NCBI GenBank assembly: GCA_950097015.1
Contig: CATNEN010000012.1
Coordinates: 186,001-250,000 of the forward strand
Direction: 5' to 3'
Source: Macrostomum hystrix
Lineage: Eukaryota > Animalia > Platyhelminthes
Length of the DNA: 64,000 nt
In this document: in pieces, positions 14,136-39,179 of the stretch
How the letters are laid out: each line of letters starts with the position of its first letter
Numbering within the stretch: position 1 is the first letter of the stretch
The notes under the pieces: model-generated
What the model saw: the letters and a program-made list of their open reading frames with translations, nothing else
Told to the model about the DNA's origin: nothing
The model's database searches: none
Made by a program: the position numbers and the translations under genes

Positions 14136-14764
14136 CCTCTTTCTTTCTTCTGGCTGGAGAGAAATATTGACCGGAGAGCCCTGCGCACTGGGATGCCACC
14201 GCACTCACCGCACTCAGTCTCAGTGCTGCTTGGGGGCCAGTAGACAGTCTAGGGGTTTGGGCTGTGTACATTCACGGCTTGAAATACAATGTACAGTCTG
14301 GGGCTTCGGCGCCCGGGGAAGGGAGGGGGTGGCTGTAATAAAATTTGGCCCGCAGAGTGGCGGAGGGGAGTTGGGGTGGCTGTCCTCGGAAAACAAAAAG
14401 TGACTCACTTTGAGATGATGCAGCTTTGCTCTGGATTGAGTAGAGATGTTCAAAATTGACAGCATTGTTGGAAAACATGTAAAGTGTAAGTGGATCAAAT
14501 TTGGAGAAAATCTGACAAAGTGGGGCAACGATATGTCGAATTGAGTGATTTTTTTGACGATTTTTGAGCAGTTTTTGAACTTTTGAGCAGGAAGGAAATG
14601 ATTTTTCGGGAATTTGAGTAGCCTATTGCACTCAGCGTAGGTGGTTTTAGGTATGTGCAAAGTTTGGTGCGATTTGGTTGAGCGGTTTCGGCATCTATAA
14701 AGACAAAAGGTTGCACACACACAGACACACACAGACAGAGTTTTCACTTTTATATATATAGATA

Positions 14765-15681
14765 CTAGCTTTTTTTGCCCGTTGTTTTTGCGGCAGAAAT
14801 TTAAAGCAAAGCAGTAAGCAATTCACGTCTCTGTATTAACTTTATAGTGAAGGTCACCATTTATTTATTTACTGCATTAATGAAAAGTGAAGAGTTTGTT
14901 TAAGGTCGTTTTAAGTAAAAAATAAGTGAAAAGTTTGTCCAAACAGCCCCCTCTTGATTACTTCTTTAGAAACATGTCTCTTAGCCACTCCTCTATACAG
15001 TCAGTGGCAAATCCAGGAATTTTGTTTTGGGGCGGTCTGTTAGGGGAGCGCCATGAGAATCACAGAGGGGGTGCCAGCGGCCGAAAAAGGGCGCCAGGAG
15101 CCAAGAAAGGGCGCCAGAGGCTGAAAAACGGGAGCCAGCGGCTGAAAAAGGGGCGCCAGCGGCCGAAAAGGGGCGCCAGTGCTGCGACTGGCGCCCCTGG
15201 TGGGGGCATCTTATTCCCATGATTAAAATTTAGGGGAAGGGAGGGGGTGGCTGTAATAAAATTTGGCCCGCAGAGTGGCGGAGGGGAGTTGGGGTGGCTG
15301 TCCTCGGAAAACAAAAAGTGACTCACTTTGAGATGATGCAGCTTTGTTCTGGATTGAGTAGAGATGTTCAAAATTGACAGCATTGTTGGAAAACATGTAA
15401 AGTGTAAGTGGATCAAATTTGGAGAAAATCTGACAAAGTGGGGCGACGATATGTCGAATTGAGTGATTTTTTGACGATTTTTAGCAGGTTTTTGCACTTT
15501 TGAGCAGGAAGGAAATGATTTTTCGGGAATTTGAGTAGCCTATTGCACTCAGCGTAGGTGGTTTTAGGTATGTGCAAAGTTTGGTGCAATTTGGTTGAGC
15601 GGTTTCGGCGTCTATAAAGACAAAAGGTTGCACACAGACAGACAGACAGACAGACAGAGTTTTCACTTTTATATATATAGA
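14765..15681 (-). mobile_element. Non-autonomous Helitron (copy 2), adjacent to copy 1, containing the truncated MITE (15002-15236)
   Basis: Same 5' TC end (15681) and hairpin+CTAG end (14765). Matches copy 1 minus ~1.34 kb, with scattered substitutions. Confidence 0.9.
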
Positions 15682-15946
15682 TATATATATATAAGAGAAG
15701 CAACTATATAAAACATATCACAAAAAAGTTAACAAGACTTAGAATTTATTAATAGGCCTAAATAATAACCTAAAAACATAATAAAAACAAAAAAAAATTT
15801 TTTGCAGCATAGGGCCTACCCCTATATTATCCTACATGTATTAGTATATTTGCCTGAAAAGCTTAGAGATTTAGTTTAGTGTGAAAAACTGCTTACTAGT
15901 AAAGAACAAGTTATGTGTAAGATCGTGGATTTTTCATCCTTTTTCG

Positions 15947-16382
15947 GAACCTGGACACTTCGTCATCTTACAACTTCGTCATCCAGATGACGATCTGTCC
16001 AATAGGCCCTAGCCTATCTCATAGGATGGATGATGAAGAGACTTAGACTTGTGAAATCTATAAAACAAAAGTTTTCAAAGTTAGAACCACCCCCTCCTCA
16101 CATCGTGTTGGCACCTATTTTTCAACTCTTACAATGAAATCAGTTTCGACACCTCTTTTTGACAATTTAGAGTGTGAAGTGTGTTCACACTCTCTGCCCC
16201 TGCCTCACCAACACCAACCCACCCTCACTTTATTGATGACGAACTAGATTGCTTGTTATTAGTAGATGACGAACTGACCAAACTTTAAAGCATAGGCCTA
16301 CCATGACGAAGTGTCCTACCTTCCAAGTGGATGTCGAAGTTGTAAGATGACGAAGTTGTAAGATGACGAAGTGTCTAGGATC
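15947..16382. mobile_element. MITE-like element with ~36-bp TIRs
   Basis: gaacctggacacttcgtcatcttacaacttcgtcatc versus gatgacgaagttgtaagatgacgaagtgtctaggatc. TSD not resolved. Confidence 0.7.
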
Positions 16383-16774
16383 AGATTTTTCACCATTCGC
16401 TGTAACTGCCGAGCAAAAAAATCCGTTCAGCAGTTTGGATAAGAGATAAATAACAAAGTTTTTATCTGTGATTTAGTAGTAAAAGAAAATTAGCTCAATG
16501 GGGACAAAAGGTTTCTGCTGTGTTACATTTATTTGCTATATGGAAGCATTTTTTAAAATATTGTATTACCGAAATCGAGAACAACAAAAAGGGCATTTTT
16601 ATAAAAATGCGTCTATTTCTTACAAATTTGTGATTTAAACTTTTCCTTGCAAATTGACGGCCAAACGAAGTCGCAGCACGTTCAAAAATACAGAAAATTA
16701 TTAAGCTTTCTTCTTCTTTTTGGTATTTGGTGTACCTATTGAACGCTATTGTGCAGGTTATCTTCAAATGTTAT

Positions 16775-28818
<12,044 letters not shown>

Positions 28819-28974
28819 GTGACTTATACAAAAGTGCATACGAGGACTGCTGCAACTATGTCATAGCTTACATCTTTCAACAGCAATTCGCACACAAGAT
28901 TGGAGTGGAGACAGAGGAATCAGCCCGAGTCTTGTGTCGTGCATTGTATTATTTTATTATTAACATCTCGATTA

Positions 28975-29830
28975 GGTGACTCAAATCCTTCTATAACAAC
29001 TCAAATCCTTCTGTAACGACTCAAACCTTTCTGTAACGACTCAAAACCATCTATGACAACTCAAACCCTTCTGTAACGACTCAAAACCATCTATGACAAC
29101 TCAAACCCTTCTGTACCTCCTCAGACCCTTCCGCAACGACTCAAACCCTTCTGTAACAACTCAAACTCTTCTTTACCTCCTCAGACCCTTCTGCAACAAC
29201 TCAAACCCTTCTGTGACAACTCAAACCCTTCTGCAACAACTCAAACCCTTCTGCAACAACTCAAACCCTTCTGTGACAACTCAAACCCTTCTTTACCTCC
29301 TCAGACCCTTCTGCAACAACTCAAACCCTTCTGCAACAACTCAAACCCTTCTGTGAAAACTCAAACCCTTCTTTACCTCCTCAGACCCTTCTGCAACAAC
29401 TCAAACCCTTCTGCAACAACTCAAACCCTTCTGCAACAACTCAAACCCTTCTGTGACAACTCAAACCCTTCTGTGACAACTCAAACCCTTCTTTACCTCC
29501 TCAGACCCTTCTGCAACAACTCAAACCCTTCTGCAACAACTCAAACCCTTCTGTGAAAACTCAAACCCTTCTTTACCTCCTCAGACCCTTCTGCAACAAC
29601 TCAAACCCTTCTGTAGCAGCTCAAACCCTTCTGTAGCAGCTCAAACCCTTCTGTAGCAGCTCAAACCCTTCTGTAGCAGCTCAAACCCTTCTGTAGCAGC
29701 TCAAACCCTTCTGTAGCAGCTCAAACCCTTCTGTAGCAGCTCAAACCCTTCTGTAGCAGCTCAAACCCTTCTGTAGCAGCTCAAACCCTTCTGTAGCAGC
29801 TCAAACCCTTCTATAACGATTCAAACGCTT
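28975..29830. repeat. 20-bp minisatellite downstream of the RSK stop
   Basis: caactcaaacccttctgcaa variants, then a homogeneous run of gcagctcaaacccttctgta. Confidence 0.95.
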
Positions 29831-31109
29831 CTGTAGTGGTTCTGTAGAAATATAAAAGGAAAAAAACTTGACTGCTTTCCTTAAAGACTGAATAGGTGAA
29901 AGTGGTCCGACTGTCTGACATTGTGGAACTGTCCAGCTATCTCTAAATGGCTAGTTTTGTAACAGTCCTTTTACGCGTCTGTGTTAAAGAAGCATTTTAT
30001 ATTCGTTTCTTCAAGCTTAATTTCTTATTACGAATCGATTGTTTCTGAAATAGATTTCTGGATTTTAAAATAAAAAATAGTGCCTCATGATTATTTTCTA
30101 ATTTTCTGTTGTGCATTCCCCCCACACCAATATTTTTAATGACATTTTTCAGTCTTCAAGTTTTATGAAGATCCGCACTTAACGATGCGCTTGTTCTTAT
30201 TCAAATGTCTCATCGGTCCCCAGTACATTACATTTTAATTTACGATGAAGCTCACTAGGGCTTAACCCCTGGGTAAAAACCACTGGCTATTTCACAATTG
30301 CTCCCAAACCGAGTGACCGATTTTCGTCCACCATAGGGATCTAAATTTTCCGCCCTTTGCGATGAACCAACTTTCAATATCTCGACGATGCCGATGTTTT
30401 GTTCTGGAAGTTGTTTCATCGGACGGAGCGGAAAGTTTCTGGCCGTGTTCTGGAGTTTCATGGCGACAAGCTGAATATTTTGGGAGATGCAGCAAAAAGT
30501 GGGTCTTTGAGATACCCCGCGATTGCAACTAGGCTGAACCTTGGCTACTTAGTAAACAAGTGCTCACCTGTAAGTGTTCTCAGCTTCCTTGAAGGGTTTT
30601 CTGAAACTCATATTTTCTTAATTTTATTATTAATATAAAATGATTAAAATATTACTACACCATTATTTTGTTTTCACTTTGCTAGTTTTTTTCCATAATT
30701 TTAAAACTTTTTAATGCAATTAAACAAGCTCCATTGTGCGTAGTCGAATGCTTTGTCTGGCCTAGTCCGCTTTTTTCTTGACGAGCGCGATGCGTGAATT
30801 TCCTGATTTGCTCTGGTTTGGCAATTATCACCTGTTCGCGGTTTCCTGTAGTTTTTATTCTTACTGTAGCTCTGTTCCAGTGGACCGTTTTTCTTATATA
30901 CAGCAGTCTGGTACATGAAATTTGTGGTATTTAAGCGAATTGCTTAAAAATTTACTTTATTCATCGAATACCGAGACGAAAAAATAATTGAAGTACTAAA
31001 TTGTACACAAGCACTATATTACGAGAGTACTTATGCATTAGAGTAGGAGAGTACTTAAGCACTAGAGTAGGATAGTACTTAAGCACTAGAGTACGAGAGT
31101 ACTTACGTA

Positions 31110-33954
31110 CGAGGGGTGTTGCAAAAGTTTCCGGACTAATGCTCGTCATGGGGCCGGTGATAATTTTAGTCTGATTCAGCAAAAAAATTAAACAGACGAA
31201 CAGGCAACTGTATTTTATAATATTATCAAGTTTCAGAAAGTTTGGAGTTGATGGTCCAAAGTAACAAGCGATTGTACACTAGATTATTATAGTCATGAAA
31301 TACGATTTCCGAGTTACAGCTACCAATCACTGTCACTGTCGCTTCTATCGCCGGATGCGTCCACAGGTTGATTGCTGGCTCGCTCCACGTATTCGCCATT
31401 TACGGAGATGCATTTTCGGTAGCGCTGAAGCCAGACTCCCAGAAGCTGGCATCGAACTGACGTAGAGACTTGTTGGCTGCTTCGAGGACCTCCTCGCGCA
31501 TTGTGAAGATCTCGCCCCGCATTGGCATCTTCATTGGGCCAAAGAGGTGGAAATCGGCGACGGCGAGATCGGGACTGTAGGCTGGGTGGTTCAGCAGTCG
31601 TTGGAAGCTGGCTTTCCTTAGACCCGAACTCCGATGGATTCTTCGGTCGACTCATTTTCGCTCACTTTTGGTTTGTGAAAAATCGTGTCAACAGCTTCAA
31701 AGGGCTGCAACCTATTTTGGCCCTCATGTATGCTGTGGTTGACTAAGCTGCATAAAATTTTAGGAAAAGTATTTTCTACGGCTGAATACCACAGACATCA
31801 ATTTTCAGCCAAATCAAACACGAATTGTCACCAGGATTAGCATTAGTCCGGATTAGCATTATTGCTAGAAGAGGATTGTGCTAGTGGGGTAGAAAAGAAA
31901 GGAACGAGTGTGTGTACATTGCTAGAAGAGGATTGTGCGAGTGGGGTAGAAAAGAAAGAAACGAGTGTGTGTACATTTCTATAAGAAGATTGTGCTAGTG
32001 GGTTAGAAAAGAAAGAAACGAGTGTGTGTACATTTCTATAAGAAGATTGTGCGAGTGGGGTAGAAAAGAAAGAAACGAGTGTGTGTACATTGCTAGAAGA
32101 GGATTGTGCGAGTGGGGTAGAAAAGAAAGAAACGAGTGTGTGTACATTTCTATAAGAAGATTGTGCTAGTGGGTTAGAAAAGAAAGAAACGAGTGTGTGT
32201 ACATTTCTATAAGAAGATTGTGCGAGTGGGGTAGAAAAGAAAGGAACGAGTGTGTGTACATTTCTATAAGAAGATTGTGCGAGTGGGGTAGAAAAGAAAG
32301 GAACGAGTGTGTGTACATTTCTATAAGAAGATTGTGCGAGTGGGGTAGAAAATAAAGAAACGAGTGTGTGTACATTTCTATAAGAAGATTGTGCGAGTGG
32401 GGTAGAAAAGAAAGAAACGAGTGTGTGTACATTTCTATAAGAAGATTGTGCGAGTGGGGTAGAAAAGAAAGAAACGAGTATATGTACATTGCTAGAAGAG
32501 GATTGTGCGAGTGGGGTAGAAAATAAAGAAACGAGTGTGTGTACATTGCTAGAAGAGGATTGTGCGAGTGGGGTAGAAAAGAAAGAAACGAGTGTGTGTA
32601 CATTTCTATAAGAAGATTGTGCGAGTGGGGTAGAAAATAAAGAAACGAGTGTGTGTACATTTCTATAAGAAGATTGTGCGAGTGGGGTAGAAAATAAAGA
32701 AACGAGTGTGTGTACATTTCTATAAGAAGATTGTGCGAGTGGGGTAGAAAATAAAGAAACGAGTGTGTGTACATTTCTATAAGAAGATTGTGCGAGTGGG
32801 GTAGAAAATAAAGAAACGAGTGTGTGTACATTTCTATAAGAAGATTGTGCGAGTGGGGTAGAAAATAAAGAAACGAGTGTGTGTACATTTCTATAAGAAG
32901 ATTGTGCGAGTGGGGTAGAAAATAAAGAAACGAGTGTGTGTACATTTCTATAAGAAGATTGTGCGAGTGGGGTAGAAAATAAAGAAACGAGTGTGTGTAC
33001 ATTTCTATAAGAAGATTGTGCGAGTGGGGTAGAAAAGAAAGAAACGAGTGTGTGTACATTTCTATAAGAAGATTGTGCGAGTGGGGTAGAAAATAAAGAA
33101 ACGAGTGTGTGTACATTTCTATAAGAAGATTGTGCGAGTGGGGTAGAAAATAAAGAAACGAGTGTGTGTACATTTCTATAAGAAGATTGTGCGAGTGGGG
33201 TAGAAAATAAAGAAACGAGTGTGTGTACATTTCTATAAGAAGATTGTGCGAGTGGGGTAGAAAATAAAGAAACGAGTGTGTGTACATTTCTATAAGAAGA
33301 TTGTGCGAGTGGGGTAGAAAATAAAGAAACGAGTGTGTGTACATTTCTATAAGAAGATTGTGCGAGTGGGGTAGAAAATAAAGAAACGAGTGTGTGTACA
33401 TTTCTATAAGAAGATTGTGCGAGTGGGGTAGAAAAGAAAGGAACGAGTGTGTGTACATTTCTATAAGAAGATTGTGCGAGTGGGGTAGAAAAGAAAGAAA
33501 CGAGTGTGTGTACATTTCTATAAGAAGATTGTGCGAGTGGGGTAGAAAAGTAAGCAACGAGTGTGTGTACATTACTAGAAGAGGATTGTGCGAGTGGGGT
33601 AGAAAATAAAGAAACGAGTGTGTGTACATTGCTAGAAGAGGATTGTGCGAGTGGGGTAGAAAAGAAAGAAACGAGTGTGTGTACATTTTTAGAAGAGGAT
33701 TGTGCGAGTGGGGTAGAAAAGTAAGCAACGAGTGTATGTACATTGCTAGAAGAGGATTGTGCGAGTGGGGTAGAAAATAAAGGAACGAGTGTATGTACAT
33801 TGCTAGAAGAGGATTGTGCGAGTGGGGTAGAAAATAAAGAAACGAGTGTGTGTACATTTCTAGAAGAGGATTGTGCGAGTGGGGTAGAAAATAAAGAAAC
33901 GAGTGTGTGTACATTTCTAGAAGAGGATTGTGCGAGTGGGGTAGACACCCCTCT
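31110..33954 (-). mobile_element. Internally deleted mariner element with a satellite inside one TIR
   Basis: TA|cgaggggtgttgcaaaagtttccggactaatgc at 31108-31142. Minus strand encodes NHPAYSPDLAVADFHLFGPMK and, after a frameshift, WLQRYRKCISVNGEYVE. Mirror TIR is split into gcattagtccgga (31840-31852) and acacccctc(t)|TA (33945-33956). Confidence 0.8.
31862..33943. repeat. 57-bp satellite, ~36 copies
   Basis: aaacgagtgtgtgtacatttctataagaagattgtgcgagtggggtagaaaataaag. Confidence 0.97.
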
Positions 33955-35784
33955 TACTAGAGTACGATGATACTTAAGCACTAGAGTACAAGAGTACTTA
34001 AGCACTAGATAGAGAACGAGAGTATCTGATACTTCAGTAGTTTTTTACTCTCTACTCTTGCTAACGTAAATACTTGTTTCCATTAGTTATAAGTAGTTTA
34101 AAACTGATTCAACACGCATGTACTTTCATATCGAGAGCATTGTTTATCAAAACAATTTTTTAGTTGAGCTTCGGTTTTGTTAGACAGGCCTTGTCATTCT
34201 TTGAATCTTTGTCAATATTTATTCACTGCTGGCTAAACGAGCTAACAGAAATTAGTGGAATAAATTCGCTATTCTCTTGAAAATGATCCAAATTTTAGAA
34301 AAGTCCAAAACTAAAGCTTGTATATTAATAATATTTGCGTTTTTATATTTTCGCTACGTGCCTTTTACTGGATTTTCATATTTGAGTACCGTAGTCAAAG
34401 TGATTTTATTTTTTCCGCAAATATCTTCCTTGCCCTTCTCTCTAAGTTGTTGCTTTTTCTGCATAGTTGGCCCACTGTCAAAGTCAATCTCCTTTCTAGA
34501 CTGCTGATCTTTTTGGCGCGCTCGGAATTCTCATTGTTGATCGCTTTTCAAATCATGCTTGCACGCGCCTACTTGCACATTCATTTATTTACAAGTATGT
34601 GATTTAGTTAAGTGATCAGTCCTCTTTTTATTATTTTTCCGCCTGTCTCCGTCTGTAGCTATTTCTATTTTAGTTTTATTTCTTGTTGATTCTTTTTGTT
34701 GTCATTAGACACCGTACTGAATAGTGGGCGCAACTTGTGGTATGTATTTCAATAACAGTTCAATTTTTCCGTTGCTAACGTTTTAACTTAACCAAAAATA
34801 TTATAAAATAATATGTGTGTGCGCGCGCATCAGAGCTAGAATCTTCAGTCGTTTAGATCTGCGATTATTTATTCCTGCAGAGGACACATAAATGAGCCAG
34901 TCAAGAGTATTTTGCCAATTTAATGCTTACTTGGCTACTAGCTGAAACGCTAATAAACGACTATAATAAAATAAAACGAATAAAATAAAACGACTATACC
35001 TATAATTTTCGTAAGCACTCTAAATGGGTGTGCAAAGATTTTAAATTCTCAAAAAACTTGTGGCGATGAACTTTCGATGAAGCTTTTTCTTTTGTCTAAA
35101 GTTGAGATGATATTCAAAACAAGAATAGTCTAGATCGAAGCTTACACTCATTTGAAATATATGCAAAGCATACAGGCAATTTAAGAAAAGTATTTACTGT
35201 TGGTGGGTAAAGTAAAAGCTCAATCGAAGAATTGCAAGCAAAAGTGCGAGTGTTCTAACGAACATGTATAAGTATTTTGCGATAATATAGTGCAAAAGTG
35301 AGCTTAAAAATGAATAAATATACGAGCTGGTTTCGAATTTTTACATAAATTTCTGGCAAATTTCAATTCTGGTCATAAGACAAAATTTCATTCTCTAATT
35401 TATTAATCAATAATTCATATTCATAGCTATAGTAAAAACGATAAGCTATACATATTTTAAAAGAGATCGAATTTTAACAAAGTTTACTTTTAGGTTACAT
35501 ACCTTTTGCACCTAATCATGGCATTCAAAACTTCGAACTTGACGAAGGGTTAATGATATAAGCACACTGTTGAATTTTTTTAAACAGATCTACCTGTACA
35601 AATCGTTCTGCAATTTTGACTTTTCTGCATCATATCGCGTTTTTTAATTAGTACACTAAAATATACAAATGTGTCAGATAGTAATATTCGCTTATTAATT
35701 AGAAGCGCAAAAAACCTTATGTTCATACATTTGCATGTATCATATTAAATAGTAGTTGCATAATTACATTTTCTGGTTTAACCG

Positions 35785-38418
35785 ATGGCTAAAAATGTCG
35801 CAGTAATTGGTTCCGGCAACTGGGCCACGTGCATTGCTAGAATATGTGCAAAAAATGCTTTGGCTTCTTCTAAATTTAACAATGAGGTAAGAAGTTTTCT
35901 ATTGTTGTTCTTTCTATACAGTTTTTTCATCAAAAAGCACACAATACGTACTTCATAAACTCTAGCGCATTAAAAAGAAATCCCAATTGCAAACTTGAAC
36001 GAATTATTAAATTGATTGGTTAGGCACGTTTAAAATTACTACACGTTTTACTATATTCATAACATATATATAGCATACTATAATAATATAAACTATAATA
36101 TGCTATTTATTGTTTTGTAGCATAAAACTGTATTTTTATACCTATGTTAGACAACTATTGAATAAATTGTGAATCAATAGATTTTGCTTTTTGTTTAAGC
36201 TTGGAATTCCTAAAAAATCATTTTGACAAAGACAAACTTTTCTTATCTATAAATTTAACTGACTAATTTAACTAATTTGAATTTTAGGCCTAGTCGAGAA
36301 AAATAGCTATAATTTATAAAGCATATATGTTTTTTCTGGGCCTATATTAAAGTCAAATCAGATATAATACAATAGTTTTTTACATTAAAACACGACTGTA
36401 GCTATCTGTGCAAAATTGTACTTTTTATGAAGTATTGTGCCCTTATTTTGCAATGTCTAAAACATTAATAAATTGGATGGATAAAGCATCACTTCAAATG
36501 TTGAACTCTGCTTTGTTATTCTGATAATTTTAATTTTTGTTAACTTAATATGAGGCGGCGTTTGAGTTGAAGTGAATTTGAGTTGTCTGGCTTATTTTGC
36601 ACCGCAACTTGTTTACTATATTTTGTTCTCAATTATTTTAATCCACTGCAAGTACATACTCATTTTCTCTAATACATTCTGCCTACCTGTGTGCGCCTAG
36701 CCCACCACCCAAATATTGTCACCTTCCACCACTCTACCCTGATCGCTATATAATATCTTGCTATTGATTATCACACACTGAAATATAGAATTTTGCTCGC
36801 CTTGTTCTCAAACCAACAGAATGAACTTTCCTCAGTAATTTGCGACATGACATAATAAATTACTAAATTTAAATAAAAAGGATATCAGCTTAACATAGTC
36901 TAGTCTTTACATGAACATTAATAAAAAAGACTAAAAGTAATTCTCTGCTTTCTATTTAAGGTACGTATGTGGGTCTTTGATGAGATCGTGGATGACGAAC
37001 CACTCTCCGCCATCATTAACAAGCGTCACGAGAATGTAAAATGCCTGCCCGGTGTGTCCCTGCCAAGTTCGCTAGTGGCCACGCCGGACCTGCCCTCCCT
37101 GAACGACTGGGCCGACATTCTAGTGTTTGTGCTGCCGCACCATTTTTTGGTGTCTGTCTGTCGCTCCCTGCAACATCAGCAGCAGAAGTCGGCCCGCAGG
37201 CCAGGGTCCTACGCTGTGTCGCTTATCAAAGGCATCCATGTGGATCCGGCTGTCAGCAACACCGGTGGCGTGCAGTTATTGTCGGACCTCATTCGCAAAC
37301 AGCTTGGCATCGAATGTGCCGTTCTGATGGGAGCCAATTCAGCTCACGAAGTGGCACAGGTGATTTTTATGGCTTCATCTAATCATCTATTTTTAATGGC
37401 CCTGTAACACTACAAATAATTATTTATAAGTAGTATAACACAAATATTATCTTTTCATCTAGGAGAGCTTCAGCGAAGCCACCGTTGGCTGTCGCGACCC
37501 GGCCAGAGGGCAAGAGCTCAAGGCACTATTCCAGACAACCTATTTTCGCATTGGCATCACCCCCGACGAAGCCGGTGTGGAGCTGTGCGGTGCTCTAAAG
37601 GATGTCGTGGCCACCGCGGCGGGCTTCTGCGACGGTCTAATCTACGGTGACAACACCAAAGCCGCCGTCATTCGACTGGGCCTCATGGAGATGATTAAGT
37701 TCATACGCACCTTCTATGGGGCTAGGGGTGAGTCTTCGGACCCTAGCAACAGCTATCGCGCCCCCACTGGAGACTTTGATTCTTATTGCTGATTCTATTA
37801 TTAGCTTGCAACGAGAGAAACCCCTTGCAACCCACTCGTCTGTTCTATTTTTAGCTACGCGCATACCTTCAATTATGTCAGGGAAACCCTCAAAAAACGT
37901 TCGCTTGTTCTATTTTTAGCAAGGTGTGTACACCATGCGAATTCTCTTATTTCTACATTTAGACCATAAAATCTAAAAAGCGAAAATAACACCTTCGAGA
38001 GCAGGCATCGAGGATAAGACCTTCTTTGAGTCGTGCGGAATCGCCGACCTGATTACCAACTGCTACGGAGGCGGCAATAGGCGCCTAGCCGAAGCCTTCG
38101 TCAAGACAGGCAAATCCATCAACCAGCTGGAGTCCGAGATGTTCAACGGCCAGAAACTGCAGGGGCCGCAGACTGCTGCCGAGGTGCGCCATTTTGACAA
38201 TGAAAGCCTTTCTATTTTACCTTTAAAAACTTGCAGAAATTACTGTAGCATTGTTTGTGCACTTTCTATCAACAAATGCTCAGGTTTACACAGCCTTGGA
38301 TGCCGCGGGTCGCCTAGCCGACTACCCGCTAATGACTGCTGTGCACGTGGTCTGCGAGATGCGCCTCGCCCCGGAACGATTCATCGACATGCTGCGCCAT
38401 CACCCAGAGCACGCCTAA
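35785..38418 (+). CDS. GPD1-like: NAD-dependent glycerol-3-phosphate dehydrogenase (GPD1) family, 5 exons, 359 aa, with altered active site
   Basis: Exons 35785-35886, 36961-37359, 37463-37727, 38005-38183, 38284-38418 (TAA). Motifs [75 protein letters not shown]. Confidence 0.95.
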
Positions 38419-39179
38419 CAAAGCTGCTGATATTTCTACTTGTGAGTAGGCTGGTTTGAACATGACTTCTAGATTTCAAACAGATTACACTTGCACACAT
38501 AGATCGCTTCTTGCATTTATCTACAGATGAAATTTTGAAATTCCAGACTGCATTATATTTGTAACCGTTTTCTCTTTGCATTGCATTTTTTTCTAGTGAC
38601 TCAAGGAAAATATAAGAAAGTGAAACACTTCAATACAGCGCCTCAATAAACTGCAGCTTCATTTTTAGTAATTTAGCAAAACACTTTTCGGTAACAAATA
38701 GTTTTTTTTAACTGCTGAAAAATTGCTTTGCTGTAACAGTATATTATCCGGTGCCCTGTGATGTATCTTTAAGATTGGATACACCAGATTTAACGGCTGT
38801 AACAATTTTTTGACTCCCTGTAGATTTTAAGGTCAGAAAAAATGCGCACGAGCCACATAATTCTGACCTAGCACTTAGAAAATAAAGAATTATGTATTTT
38901 TGCTATTGACCCGAACCTTGAGTGCATTTGTTTTGCCTTTCTCTTAGCTTTTATTCAAGCTAAAATACTGTTTGAGACCATATACTCACTTTTTATAGTC
39001 ACCAACGAGCTTTACTAGATTACGCTATGCAAAGTGGTTCTAGCAGCGACTGCCTGGGATTCCAGCTGCTCTGGCGGGCACAGCTGCTGAGAATTGGTTG
39101 CTGCTCACCGCTTGCATTTGTTTCCATTGCCTATGCTGCCTATTGCACTTTGGGCGACTGGCATCTGCTTCGGTAGTTC

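Larger units (their letters stand above)
12503..14762 (-). mobile_element. Helitron, internally deleted (copy 1)
   Basis: 5' end TCTATATATATAAAAG at 14762. 3' end gccccaaaaacaacgggc hairpin, then A-run and CTAG ending at 12503. Inserted in (TA)n without a TSD. Carries a PIF1 helicase C-terminus. Confidence 0.9.

Noticed and set aside
30255-30640. Short ORFs in a moderately GC-rich patch
   Set aside because: No recognisable domain or consistent splice structure. It may be a degraded TE or UTR but cannot be supported.
31843-34005. 720-aa and 582-aa ORFs
   Set aside because: Translations of the 57-bp satellite, with no unique coding sequence.
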